Under the pieces are notes generated by a model that saw nothing but the letters and a program-made list of their open reading frames with translations, made no database searches and was not told the DNA's origin. Below are positions 1 through 9,569 of a DNA stretch of 64,000 nucleotides, in pieces. This stretch comes from Rubripirellula sp. Its GTDB lineage: Bacteria > Planctomycetota > Planctomycetia > Pirellulales > Pirellulaceae. The DNA is taken from positions 7,008,001-7,072,000 of the forward strand of contig OZ244207.1 of the NCBI GenBank assembly GCA_965216875.1, written 5' to 3'. Every line of letters begins with the position of its first letter. The stretch's first letter is position 1. Made by a program: the position numbers and the translations under genes.

Positions 1-2
1 AA

Positions 3-518
3 CAGTTGAACGTCGTCAGCAAGCTTGGTCGATTCGGAAAGGGCTCGCGTCATCAGGATGGCACGAGGCACGATTGTTCGCACCGAGATGCCAACCGATT
101 CGAGTTCCTCGGCGATCTGTTGCCAACGTTCGGTGGTGATGGCGATGCCAGAGACGCGCCGTTGGCCATCGTCGGTCGGAACGATCGCAAAGTCGGCCAC
201 CATCGCTTCGGCATCGATCGGTAGATGGTCTTCCAATTCGTACGTTAGCGCGGCGCGATCCAGTGTTCGTGTGAGTGCTTTGCCCGAGCTGGGTTCATCC
301 ACCGACGGATCGCCGGAAAGTGAGGCAAAGTAGCAAGAGGTCGAATCGGGCGCAAGGATCGCCTGCGGGTTCTTGATCCCCGCAAGCTTGGACATCAGAT
401 CGGCGCAGACTGCGATCTCGGTCGGTGAGACATTCGACGCGAGGTGTTCGACTTGGTCACCGATGACGATCAACCATTCATTCGGGCGCTGGATGATGGC
501 GCAACCATTGATGTTCAC
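3..518 (-). CDS. gspL: Type II secretion protein GspL-like, N-terminal part (runs off the left edge)
   Basis: Not in the ORF track; translated by hand. GTG at 518-516 overlaps the upstream TGA (GTGA). Reads VNINGCAIIQRPNEWLIV...LDRAALTYELEDHLPIDAEAMVADF, resembling the GspL/PilM 'YELEE-LP-D-E' segment. Last visible gene of the gsp cluster. Confidence 0.65.
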   Translation of the reverse strand, partial: MNINGCAIIQRPNEWLIVIGDQVEHLASNVSPTEIAVCADLMSKLAGIKNPQAILAPDSTSCYFASLSGDPSVDEPSSGKALTRTLDRAALTYELEDHLPIDAEAMVADFAIVPTDDGQRRVSGIAITTERWQQIAEELESVGISVRTIVPRAILMTRALSESTKLADDVQL

Positions 519-1078
519 GGGATGCGCCTCCCCTTGTTTCGCCGATTGTTGTTCGGCTTGTTTCCGCGATTGGCGGCCTCTTTGCTCAGCCGGATCGTGG
601 TCTGATCGCCGTCGTAGTCGACAACGATTTTTTCGGAACCAATCGTCGAGATTTCCACTCCGGTCGGTTCCAATTCGAGCGATTCACCGACTCCCTTGAT
701 GTCGAACTTTCCCGATTCATCCGAGACGATCGCCAGGCTCTGTGGGCCGTTGATGATGGTTCCGACGAGAGTGAGCTTGAGTTTCGGTTTTGGTGGCGGA
801 GCTTGAACTCGGGGTTGGACCACGACCGGCTTGGGAGGGGTCGTTTGTTTCGGCGCGTCGTAAAGAGGACCACGCAACTTCGTCGCGAGAGTCGGTGCGT
901 CTATCGCATCATTGCGGGCCGAGTCCTTGGCCCCGTTGCCAATCGCCGATGGGCCCATTGGTCGAGGTCGGGTCGACACCGTAACATCCGCCGTTGCCCA
1001 GTAGCCGGCGCCGCACGTGCCTAGGACAAGGCACGCGGCGAGCACGTAGAGCAGTCGTTGTTGCGTTGAGATGTCCAT
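515..1078 (-). CDS. gspC: Type II secretion protein GspC-like (TM, Pro-rich linker, HR domain, no PDZ)
   Basis: N-terminal TM, PKQTTPPKP...APPPKPK linker, then LKLTLVGTIING..SLAIV...G, typical of the GspC/PilP HR domain; inside the gsp cluster. Confidence 0.6.
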   Translation of the reverse strand: MDISTQQRLLYVLAACLVLGTCGAGYWATADVTVSTRPRPMGPSAIGNGAKDSARNDAIDAPTLATKLRGPLYDAPKQTTPPKPVVVQPRVQAPPPKPKLKLTLVGTIINGPQSLAIVSDESGKFDIKGVGESLELEPTGVEISTIGSEKIVVDYDGDQTTIRLSKEAANRGNKPNNNRRNKGRRIP

Positions 1079-1101
1079 CGATGATCGACTGGCTGAGTGA
1101 C

Positions 1102-2064
1102 CTATCGCGAGAATTTTTGGTAACGAGTGACGCCTTCATCGTCCATGCTCATGACAACCCATTCTTGGTTGTCATTGCCGTTGGCTGTCGAAGCATGAAT
1201 CCAAAGCGAAAAGTTGGTGCTCGATTGCGACAACAGGCTTCGCAATCGGTCGCGATCTGGTTTCGATTTGACTTCCGTTTCGATCAAGATACCAAGCGAG
1301 GAGGTTGGGTTTTCGCGGTATCGTTCCAGCATCCGCCGAGCCCCTCCATCTTGAATCACCGTGCCGACAACTGCCAGGATCGCTTCGTCTGAAGCTCGTT
1401 GAAAGTTCAGCTGACCGCTACCCCAGCAGGTGATGCCGGTTGTAACGTTTGGCAGGGCCGCCTCGCTGCCGAGAGAGAACTCAAGCGTTGGCAGATCAAA
1501 GACCTCGCCCCAACTTCGAAACGCATCCGGGACGGCCGTTTCCGTGTCGGGATCGTCGACGCTGGTCAAACGGCTTGATTGGCGGGCGAGCATCATCGGT
1601 TTGACGGCCGGCATGAGTCGGATGGTTCGTGCCAGCTGTGGTCCGCCCACCTTCGAGATCGCCCGTTCCGCCTCCATCTGTCCGCCAAAATGGAAGACCG
1701 AATTCAGATTCAACTTGGCGTCTTCGTCACCGAGTAGCAGATCAAACGTGACGCCGCCTAACGTCAACGCGTCGCGGCGGAAACTCGGCGGAGGCGCGCC
1801 TGGATCACGCTCACGGTACGTTTCTTCGAGTTGCTCGAATACTTTCGGGGCACGACTGAGCACTGTTTTCTGAAGTGTCAACGTTCCCCATCGTTGCTGA
1901 AGGGACCGCTCCGCGTCGGCGGCGGCAAGCGCGCGACGTAGACTCACTCGTGAGAGCGTTCCGAGAACCGTAACGACCAGTACCGAGACCGCCAACACGA
2001 CCATCAGGACGTAGCCTTTGCGGTGACGGGCATCACGACAGAGTTTGTCTTGGCTAACCAGCAT
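1102..2064 (-). CDS. gspK: Type II secretion minor pseudopilin GspK
   Basis: RKG|YVLMVVL prepilin-like start without E5, DEDAKLNLN motif, 320 aa, follows the H/I/J pseudopilins. Confidence 0.8.
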   Translation of the reverse strand: MLVSQDKLCRDARHRKGYVLMVVLAVSVLVVTVLGTLSRVSLRRALAAADAERSLQQRWGTLTLQKTVLSRAPKVFEQLEETYRERDPGAPPPSFRRDALTLGGVTFDLLLGDEDAKLNLNSVFHFGGQMEAERAISKVGGPQLARTIRLMPAVKPMMLARQSSRLTSVDDPDTETAVPDAFRSWGEVFDLPTLEFSLGSEAALPNVTTGITCWGSGQLNFQRASDEAILAVVGTVIQDGGARRMLERYRENPTSSLGILIETEVKSKPDRDRLRSLLSQSSTNFSLWIHASTANGNDNQEWVVMSMDDEGVTRYQKFSR

Positions 2065-2617
2065 GATGATGAATCACCTCACGCCAGAGAACTTGGCCCG
2101 TGTCAGAAAAGAGCGTTACGCGAAAGCTGCCAGGACACGCAGGCAGGCCGCCCGCAGTGGGCTGGACCAGCAATGCGTTTTCGGAGTCGCCCTCTTCAAG
2201 TGGTTCGACTTGCAAAGCACCAAAGCCAACCCAAACGGCTTCGCGCGACACGTTTCCGTTTTGGGTGTGCGTCCGCACTAATAAATTGCGTTTGGGATTG
2301 TCGCCAGGTCGACCACCAGCGCCATACTGCACGCGGCCGATTCGATAGGTGGGCGTGTCGCCCGCTTCCTCGAGAAAACCATGCAAGGTCACGCCGCCCG
2401 GTTGGATGGCCATGCCGCGAGCGTTGACAAAATCTCGACGCATCAGATCGGCGAGCTGCGTGACGGGCCACCGCGTGACTTCGTCCTTTTGTAATTGCTT
2501 TGACTCACGCACCGATGTCCACACGACACTCATCAATGCCGCCATCATCATCGCGGTCAGCACGGCCGATGCCAGTAACTCGATAAGCGTGAAGCCTCGG
2601 TTCGGGCGACGTTTCAT
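2054..2617 (-). CDS. gspJ: Minor pseudopilin, GspJ-like
   Basis: RG|FTLIELL prepilin site; ATGA overlap with upstream gene; position in cluster. Confidence 0.7.
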   Translation of the reverse strand: MKRRPNRGFTLIELLASAVLTAMMMAALMSVVWTSVRESKQLQKDEVTRWPVTQLADLMRRDFVNARGMAIQPGGVTLHGFLEEAGDTPTYRIGRVQYGAGGRPGDNPKRNLLVRTHTQNGNVSREAVWVGFGALQVEPLEEGDSENALLVQPTAGGLPACPGSFRVTLFSDTGQVLWREVIHHHAG

Positions 2618-3153
2618 CGTGGACCTCCCACTAGCGGAGGTCGTTTGACGACATTCACCGTTGCGTGAACTTTGTGTTCACGCGCGGGAGTGATTTCGAT
2701 GATCTGAAACCGCACCACATCCAGGGCCACGCCGGCGGGCGTGGCGGTCCCCACGGGAATTGTTTCCCAATACCAAGTCGGATGGCTGGGGATTTCGCCG
2801 GTCGCTTTCAAGGGGATGCCGTCGCGACTATTGATCAGTCGGCTCAGCACGTCATCGGCAACGGAGACTGCGGCGACCTTTTTGTCCGCAGCAAGCAGTT
2901 GATGGCGATGAGCCGAAAAGGCCAGCATCGAACCGACCAAAACGCTCGCCATCAGCGCTAACCCCACGACGACTTCGATTAGCGTAAAGCCATCACGTGA
3001 TGTTGGGCGAGATCGACTGAAACTCTTCAAGGATGGCGTTCGTTCTTTGTTCGTAGTACCGAGCTTTAGCCGGTCTTTTGGCGTTCTTCCGCCTAAAGGC
3101 GGTACTACAAACGATGCTGCAAGCTTGTAAGTTTTACAGTTCAAGGATGGCAT
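2614..3153 (-). CDS. gspI: Minor pseudopilin, GspI-like, with a long leader containing a REP pair
   Basis: DG|FTLIEVV prepilin site; likely start ATG 3153 after GAGG; the frame is open back to 3201. Confidence 0.65.
   Translation of the reverse strand: MPSLNCKTYKLAASFVVPPLGGRTPKDRLKLGTTNKERTPSLKSFSRSRPTSRDGFTLIEVVVGLALMASVLVGSMLAFSAHRHQLLAADKKVAAVSVADDVLSRLINSRDGIPLKATGEIPSHPTWYWETIPVGTATPAGVALDVVRFQIIEITPAREHKVHATVNVVKRPPLVGGPR
3049..3112. repeat. REP family A inverted pair (GTAGTACCG..TTTAG.CGG) inside the gspI frame
   Basis: GTTCGTAGTACCGAGCTTTAGCCGG ... CCGCCTAAAGGCGGTACTACAAAC; the same unit is intergenic at 23759, 41056 and 56587. Confidence 0.85.
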
Positions 3154-3628
3154 CAACCTCTCCTTGATTTGCAACGGGAACGACTTGCCCGCTTCGTCCA
3201 ACGATCACAAGCCACTGGCTTACGTCGCCTCTTTCGAATCGCACTGCGTAGGTTGGAGTGTTGCCCTGTTTTCCGACGGCAAATTCGACCTTCGACCCGC
3301 GCTGGACGCCACGCGGCGATCGAACTTCGGCAATCGTCACTTGGCTAGGTAGCTTGTAGGTGGCTTCGTTGCGCCGCGCTGCCACCGTCAACTTTCCACG
3401 ATTCTTATCAATCGTGACGGTGGCATTGCCAAGGCGCATCGCATCGCGGCGGGCGCGCGCGTCAAACATCTGAAACGTTTCGACGGCACGGGTAAGCTGT
3501 CGCCGCTGAACATTGCCGCGAAGTGAGAAGATAACGATCGATGCGAGTAGACCGAGGACGATCATCACGACGACCAATTCGATCAACGTGAATCCGCGAC
3601 GACGGTTGGATCGCATCGGAAGCAACAT
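3134..3628 (-). CDS. gspH: Minor pseudopilin, GspH-like
   Basis: RRRG|FTLIELVVV; TGATG coupling to the gspG stop. Confidence 0.75.
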   Translation of the reverse strand: MLLPMRSNRRRGFTLIELVVVMIVLGLLASIVIFSLRGNVQRRQLTRAVETFQMFDARARRDAMRLGNATVTIDKNRGKLTVAARRNEATYKLPSQVTIAEVRSPRGVQRGSKVEFAVGKQGNTPTYAVRFERGDVSQWLVIVGRSGQVVPVANQGEVDAILEL

Positions 3629-4074
3629 CAAGAGTCCAGCGATTCGCTCGAGTGATCTTGGTCTTCGCCCTCGCCCCCTTCACGTCCATCGGCACCGAGC
3701 GAAATCACCTCGTAAGGTTCATTGCTTCCAGGGCTGACGTACTCGTAAGGGTTCTTCCAAGGGTCGATGGGGACTTTGGGCAAGAATCCGTCGGGCCAGC
3801 TTGGCGTTCCTTCGAGCAAGATTTCGAGTCCTTCGTCGGTGGTGGGGTAGCGACCTTGATCGGAATAAAACGTTTCGATCGCTTTGACAATTTCGGCGAT
3901 TTGCGTTTTGGCCGTTTGTTGTCGCGATGAAATCAAGTAGCCGCGGGTGCGGACGGCGACCAACCCGGCAAGCATGCCAAGAATGACCATCACCACGATC
4001 AACTCGACCAACGAAAAGCCGCGTTGGCGATTCCGTCGACGGTTTGAACGGCGAAGAGGTGATTTACATGACAT
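3628..4074 (-). CDS. gspG: Major pseudopilin GspG
   Basis: RG|FSLVEL, GRYPTTDEGL, DPWKNPYEYVSPG, SLGADGREGGEGED motifs; ATG 4074 with GGAGG upstream. Confidence 0.93.
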   Translation of the reverse strand: MSCKSPLRRSNRRRNRQRGFSLVELIVVMVILGMLAGLVAVRTRGYLISSRQQTAKTQIAEIVKAIETFYSDQGRYPTTDEGLEILLEGTPSWPDGFLPKVPIDPWKNPYEYVSPGSNEPYEVISLGADGREGGEGEDQDHSSESLDS

Positions 4075-5269
4075 TTCCTGCCTCCAGGATGGGCAAAATG
4101 GTTGCAAGTAAAAGGAAGCCGACCATCGCCGCCAGAACCAGAATCAGGATTGGTTCCAGGAGCGCGGTGAAACGGGCCGAGGTGGTCGCGACTTGCGCGT
4201 CGTAGTCATCAGCGAGCCGAAACAACATCTCATCAAGCTTGCCTGATTGTTGCCCGACTGAAAAGACACGCACGGCAAGTGGCGGAAACGCTTCGCTCTG
4301 TTCGAGAGCGTCTGCGAATTCTTCTCCGGCTGCGATACGTTGGCCACATGTGCGCAGCGCCTGTTTGAAAATCTCGTTATGGGTGGTCTTTTCGGCCAAT
4401 TCGACAGCACGCGTCAGTTCGACGCCGCTGCGTGAGAGGGTCGCGATGATCATCGCGATCCTCGCCACGCCCTGTTTGATCGCCATCGGACCGACCAGAG
4501 GCAGACGCAGCAGGGTGCGGTGCCATTGGTAGCGCCCTTTCTCGGTCCTGAGCAAAGCGGTCACGCCAAGGATGATCGCGACGGTCGCCGCGATCAAATA
4601 CCACTTGTAACCGACCAGGACATCACTGATCGCTTTGGCAACCAAAGTTGGCCACGGCAATTGGTCGAGTGTTTCTTGAAGGTTCTCGAGCAATGGCGGC
4701 AAGACCGAGGTCATCAAAAAGATCGCCGCACCCAATCCAAAACAGATCAGAAAAATCGGGTAGACCAATGCGGTCGTCACCGAATCCCGAAGCGAAAGTT
4801 GTTTTTGTTTGAACTCGGCAAGCTGCGTCAGCACGACATCGAGTGTCCCGGCGTTCTCGCCAACTTCGACCATGTGGACCGATGCGGCGTCGAACAAATC
4901 AGGTCGCTGCGAGAGCGCTTCGGCAAGCGAAGAACCGGCCGCAACGCGATCGCGAACACCGAGGATGGCCGCGCGAAACGAACCGCGATTTTGATCGGCC
5001 AGTGTGTCGAGCGCGTCGAGCATCGGAATGCCAGCGTGCAGCAACATCGACAATTCATGGACCGCGGTTGCCCACTGAGTGCTGGATGATCCAAGCGAAA
5101 GTTTGGGAAGCCACGAGAAGCTTGTGCGGCTTGCGCATTCGACAAGCTTGCGAACCTTCACTCCTTCGCCACGCAGTTGGTCTCTTGCTTGGCGCGGAGT
5201 GTCGGCGGCGACCGTGCCACGCACGACGGCCGAGTTGCGGTCAACGCCTGTGTAAGAAAAGACTGCCAT
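4064..5269 (-). CDS. gspF: Type II secretion inner-membrane platform protein GspF
   Basis: Two T2SSF repeats (LLHAGIPMLDAL, VGENAGTLD, VGQQSGKLD, LEPILIL); start MAVFSY at 5269. Confidence 0.93.
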   Translation of the reverse strand: MAVFSYTGVDRNSAVVRGTVAADTPRQARDQLRGEGVKVRKLVECASRTSFSWLPKLSLGSSSTQWATAVHELSMLLHAGIPMLDALDTLADQNRGSFRAAILGVRDRVAAGSSLAEALSQRPDLFDAASVHMVEVGENAGTLDVVLTQLAEFKQKQLSLRDSVTTALVYPIFLICFGLGAAIFLMTSVLPPLLENLQETLDQLPWPTLVAKAISDVLVGYKWYLIAATVAIILGVTALLRTEKGRYQWHRTLLRLPLVGPMAIKQGVARIAMIIATLSRSGVELTRAVELAEKTTHNEIFKQALRTCGQRIAAGEEFADALEQSEAFPPLAVRVFSVGQQSGKLDEMLFRLADDYDAQVATTSARFTALLEPILILVLAAMVGFLLLATILPILEAGNVM

Positions 5270-5283
5270 GAATGAGTTAAAGA

Positions 5284-6990
5284 CTACAGCGTCGTGACGC
5301 GAAGGACCTCGTCGAGGGTCGTCCATCCTTGATGGACTTTGAGTAATCCGTCCGAGGCGAGCAGATGCATGCCGGCATCGAGTCCCGCCTCGCGAATCTG
5401 GGACGCGTTCCCGCGTGTTTGAACGAGGTCGCGGCAGGCGTCGTTCATCACCAAGAGTTCGAACAACCCAATTCGTCCGCGATAGCCTGTTCCGCGACAG
5501 GCGTCACAGCCGACCGGCTTGAAAACACCGGCAAGGTCCGAACGATTGATCTCTTGGTCGACCAGTAGCGATTCGGGCGGCGCGGGAAATTGGTTGCCGG
5601 CCGGATCGGGTTGTTTGCATTGGGCGCAGAGCCGTCGCACCAAACGCTGGGCGAGCGAGGCAACGAGCGAACTGCTGACCAAGTACGGTTCAATGCCCAA
5701 ATCGAGCAAGCGTGTGACGGCGCTCGCAGCATCGTTGGTGTGTAGTGTGCTGAAGACCAAGTGGCCGGTGAGTGAGGCTTGGATGGCCATCACAGCAGTT
5801 TCGTCGTCACGGATTTCGCCGACCATGATGATGTCGGGGTCTTGTCGCAGGACGCTGCGCATGCCCGAGGCGAACGTCATCCCTTTCTTTTCATTGATCT
5901 GCGTCTGCGAGATCCCGTCAAGTTGGTACTCGATCGGGTCTTCGAGCGTCAGCACGTTCAGGTCATGGGAATTGATTTCTTGAAGTGCACCGTAAAGCGT
6001 CGTGCTCTTTCCACTGCCCGTCGGCCCGGTGACCAAGATCATGCCGTGATCGCGCGTGATCAATCGGCTGAATACGTTCAAGTAATGAGGCGGCATTCCG
6101 AGTTCGCCGAGCGTGTACAACCGCGCGCTCTTGTCGAGCAAACGAATCACGATCCGTTCGTTATGACTGGTAGGCAACGAGGCGATTCGAAGGTCAACCG
6201 TTCGATCCCCCAGCTGAACCGTGGCCCGACCGTCTTGCGGTAGGCGTTTCTCGGCAATGTTCATCTTGCCGAGCACTTTCACACGAGTGAGAACTTCTTC
6301 TTGGACTGTTTTGGGAATCTCGAAACTATCGAAGAGCACACCGTCGATTCGCTGACGAACCATGACGCGGTCTTCGTAGGGTTGAATGTGAACGTCGGAC
6401 GCGCCCGCTTTGACGGCATCAAACAACAAGTGGTTGACCAGTCGGATGATCGGCGCGCGACCTTCGGTATCAAGTAGGTCTTCGCGCGACGCCAAAGCGC
6501 CGACTTCGTTCAAAACGGTTTCGCGATCAATCGAATCGATCACCTGCTGGGCTTGGCTCGAACGATCCGAGTAAGCGACGTTGATCGCAGATTGCAGCGC
6601 CGTGTCGGTTGCCAACACGGGTTCGGCTGTTTCGCGCAGTGCCCGTCCGATGATGTCGAGGTGCTCGTAACCATGTCGGTCACAAATGGCGACGTGAAGC
6701 TTTTCGTCGGTGTCGCGGAATCCGAGCACGCGGTGCGAGCGCGCGTAGGCGATCGAGAACTGGCCCAGGAACTTGCTGTCGGGGCGGAAGGCGGTTAGGT
6801 CAGCGGTGGGTGACCCGAGCGCTTGCACGAGCGCCGCATGCTGGTCCGCCGTTTGAGTCTCTGCCGCGCGAGAGGTCTCGGTAGCATCCCGGTCCGTACG
6901 TTCATCGCCACCGCTTAGCGGTGCATCGCGTTGGTCGGTATCGCCAAGTTGGCTGGATGCCGAGCGATTGGACTGGGTGGCTTCGGACAT
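5284..6990 (-). CDS. gspE: Type II secretion ATPase GspE
   Basis: Walker A GPTGSGKST, TLEDPIEY, LRQDPDIIMVGEIRD, TGHLVFSTLH, CxxC...CxxC metal module. Confidence 0.95.
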   Translation of the reverse strand: MSEATQSNRSASSQLGDTDQRDAPLSGGDERTDRDATETSRAAETQTADQHAALVQALGSPTADLTAFRPDSKFLGQFSIAYARSHRVLGFRDTDEKLHVAICDRHGYEHLDIIGRALRETAEPVLATDTALQSAINVAYSDRSSQAQQVIDSIDRETVLNEVGALASREDLLDTEGRAPIIRLVNHLLFDAVKAGASDVHIQPYEDRVMVRQRIDGVLFDSFEIPKTVQEEVLTRVKVLGKMNIAEKRLPQDGRATVQLGDRTVDLRIASLPTSHNERIVIRLLDKSARLYTLGELGMPPHYLNVFSRLITRDHGMILVTGPTGSGKSTTLYGALQEINSHDLNVLTLEDPIEYQLDGISQTQINEKKGMTFASGMRSVLRQDPDIIMVGEIRDDETAVMAIQASLTGHLVFSTLHTNDAASAVTRLLDLGIEPYLVSSSLVASLAQRLVRRLCAQCKQPDPAGNQFPAPPESLLVDQEINRSDLAGVFKPVGCDACRGTGYRGRIGLFELLVMNDACRDLVQTRGNASQIREAGLDAGMHLLASDGLLKVHQGWTTLDEVLRVTTL

Positions 6991-9398
6991 GGGATCAGGA
7001 TCGGCCCACTCTGCGGATCGTCTCCGTCGATTTGGGCGTCTTGAACATCGATATCAGACAAGTATCGCAGATCGCGGAACCGCGAGTCGCGCAAAATCTT
7101 CGGACGAATGAAAAGGAAAAACGACGTGGATGATTCTTGCTCGGTCGTCAAACTGGTCAGCTCGCGAACGATCGGGATCTTTTCCGTCCAAGGGATACCC
7201 GAGAACGAATCACGTTGATCGATTCGCTTCAAACCACCGACGACAACGGTCTTGCCATCGGGAATTGTGACGACGCTGCCCACACGGTCGATCTGGCGAG
7301 GCGGGGGCAGGTTGTCTCCAGCATCACCAACGAACGTGCTGAACTCCACATCGAATTCTAATTGTAGGTGGTCGTCCTCATTGATATGGGGTGTGACTGT
7401 AATGATTGTGCCGGCTTGTTGGTCGCCACCCAGGCTGGTGGTAGCCACCTGGACCGACGTATTCACGCTGGCAAACGGGACGCTGGCGACGCTTTCAAGC
7501 GTACCGGTCTGGTTGTCGTTGACCAGGATTTTGGGGGATGCCAGCACGCGGCTGCGAGTGTGTTGTGACAAGGCTTGCACGATCACGTCGGCGACATCGG
7601 GATCGACCAACACGCCGTTAAAACCGAGCGCCGGATCGACGGTAAGGAAGCCGTTGACCGGATCGACTTCGCTGAGTCCGAATGAGGTGAACTTGAACAA
7701 CCGCTTGGCCCCCGTTCGGTCCCCCGTCGAAACCTCGACCCCGAGTGCGAAATTGTCAGACGTATCGACCGCAACGATCTCGGCTTCGATCATGACTTGA
7801 GGACGACGCTGGTCGAGCGAGCGAATCAGTTTTTCGTAAAGCGGTTGGACACTTGAGGGGGCGTAAACGATCAAGCTGTTGGTTGCGACATCGGCTGAAA
7901 CACGCGCGCCGCCCGGAAGCGTTGCGACCTGCGCACCACCACCAAATCCACCGAGTCCGCCAATGCCTGCGACACCACCGAGCCCGCCGCCACCGATAAG
8001 CGGACTGAGCGCGCGGTTTTGATTGATGCCCGTTGACGCCGGAGGCGTTTCGTCGGCGTTGCCGTTTTCGAGTGGTAAGCGTGTTGTTGTGGGCGCTTGT
8101 TGGTTCATTCCTGGAAACGCGGTCGCAGGAAAGTTACTGGCACCGCCTGGGTAGATGGCATTGCCAATGCCCATTCCCTGGTTCACGCCACCCACGTTCA
8201 TTCCGCCGAGTGTTCCGAACGCTCCGAAACCCAAACCGCCTTGGGCAAAACCGCTGCCGGCCGCTTCTTGCAATGCAAGCAGTGAATAGAGGACTTCGAC
8301 AGCACTCGCGTTGCGCAGTTTGTAGAACTGAATCGGGCTCTCGTCTGCGTCGACGGGACGATCGAGTTCTTTCAAAAGTGTTTCGATTTGACGATGAACT
8401 TCGGCCGGCGCCCTGACAATCAACATGTTGCCATCTTCGTCGAGTGTCGTTTCGATCGCCGTTTCTTGTTGATCACTGCTGACCAAACCACGAATGAGTT
8501 TGTCCATCCTTTCGGCGGCGACGTTTCGCAGTCGATAGGCTCGCGTGACGTAATCAGTGCCAGTATCAAGTTGTCGAAGCAAGCGAATGATTTCAGCAAC
8601 ACGCGTCGTTTCGCCAGCGATCACGACGCGTTTTCCCGATGCATCGTTGAATAACTTGACATCCAATGCACCCGCCGCCGTTGGGTCTTTTCGCAACAGC
8701 GTTTCGACTTGTTCAATCAATGCCGCGGGGCTTCGGCTCTCGGTGATGTAAAAGTCGATGATCGTTTGACTGCGCGGTTGATCGATCAATTGCAACAGTT
8801 CGACCATCGTGCGAACGTTTTGAGCGTAGTCGGTCACGATCACCAGTCCGCTTTCGGGCAACGCAATGAAGTTCGATCCCTTGGAAAGGAACGAACGCAT
8901 CGTCTGTGAAAGCTTTGAAATGTCGACGTTGCGTACCGGAATGACTTGAGTCACGGCAGCCGCGGGACCATCGCGGACAAGCACTTCGGCGGCTTCGCCA
9001 GGTCGGGCGTAAGGTCCCATGTCGGCGACATCGACGATGCGTTTCCAACCCGGGACGTCCGAGTCGACGACCGCAAGGTTTTCGCCCTTGAGCAGGCTTC
9101 CGAGCAAAATCGGCAGCGCCGACTTGGGAAGTCGCGCGGGAGTGTAGACGGTGACTTGGCGGTTTGCCAAATCGGCGCTATAGAGAAAACGAATATCGAG
9201 CTGTTTGGAGACCGCTTCGACCAACTTGGTCAGGCTGACCGCACCGCTGAGATTTAGTTCGACCGTTTCTTCCATTCGGTTGCCAGCTGGCCGCTGCGCC
9301 AACACGCCGGTCAACGGGCAGGCAAGCATGACGATCGCCAACGCGCATATCGCCACCACCCGGGCTGCCAACCGTTTGTTGACGCTTGAAGAATTCAA
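6915..9398 (-). CDS. gspD: Type II secretion secretin GspD
   Basis: Signal peptide, N0-N3 domains, LDQRRPQVMIEAEIV, LASPKILVNDNQ, DGKTVVVGGL secretin motifs. Confidence 0.92.
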   Translation of the reverse strand: MNSSSVNKRLAARVVAICALAIVMLACPLTGVLAQRPAGNRMEETVELNLSGAVSLTKLVEAVSKQLDIRFLYSADLANRQVTVYTPARLPKSALPILLGSLLKGENLAVVDSDVPGWKRIVDVADMGPYARPGEAAEVLVRDGPAAAVTQVIPVRNVDISKLSQTMRSFLSKGSNFIALPESGLVIVTDYAQNVRTMVELLQLIDQPRSQTIIDFYITESRSPAALIEQVETLLRKDPTAAGALDVKLFNDASGKRVVIAGETTRVAEIIRLLRQLDTGTDYVTRAYRLRNVAAERMDKLIRGLVSSDQQETAIETTLDEDGNMLIVRAPAEVHRQIETLLKELDRPVDADESPIQFYKLRNASAVEVLYSLLALQEAAGSGFAQGGLGFGAFGTLGGMNVGGVNQGMGIGNAIYPGGASNFPATAFPGMNQQAPTTTRLPLENGNADETPPASTGINQNRALSPLIGGGGLGGVAGIGGLGGFGGGAQVATLPGGARVSADVATNSLIVYAPSSVQPLYEKLIRSLDQRRPQVMIEAEIVAVDTSDNFALGVEVSTGDRTGAKRLFKFTSFGLSEVDPVNGFLTVDPALGFNGVLVDPDVADVIVQALSQHTRSRVLASPKILVNDNQTGTLESVASVPFASVNTSVQVATTSLGGDQQAGTIITVTPHINEDDHLQLEFDVEFSTFVGDAGDNLPPPRQIDRVGSVVTIPDGKTVVVGGLKRIDQRDSFSGIPWTEKIPIVRELTSLTTEQESSTSFFLFIRPKILRDSRFRDLRYLSDIDVQDAQIDGDDPQSGPILIPCPKPPSPIARHPANLAIPTNAMHR

Positions 9399-9569
9399 GT
9401 CGGATTACCCATAAAAGGTGCGTGGCGGAGCGTCTTGCGATAGGATGACACGGTGGTGTCCCAGCGGAGACGCGATCAGTCAACGACGGACGCTATGAAA
9501 ACTGGCCGGAATACGTCAACGGAGTTTTGCGCCCAAAGTCGTTGCTTCGCCGATCAGGAGTTTCACAAG

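Noticed and set aside
6915..6990. 76-nt gspD/gspE overlap as a frameshift or recoding site
   Set aside because: Both overlapping ends are low-complexity tails outside conserved domains; no slippery site seen
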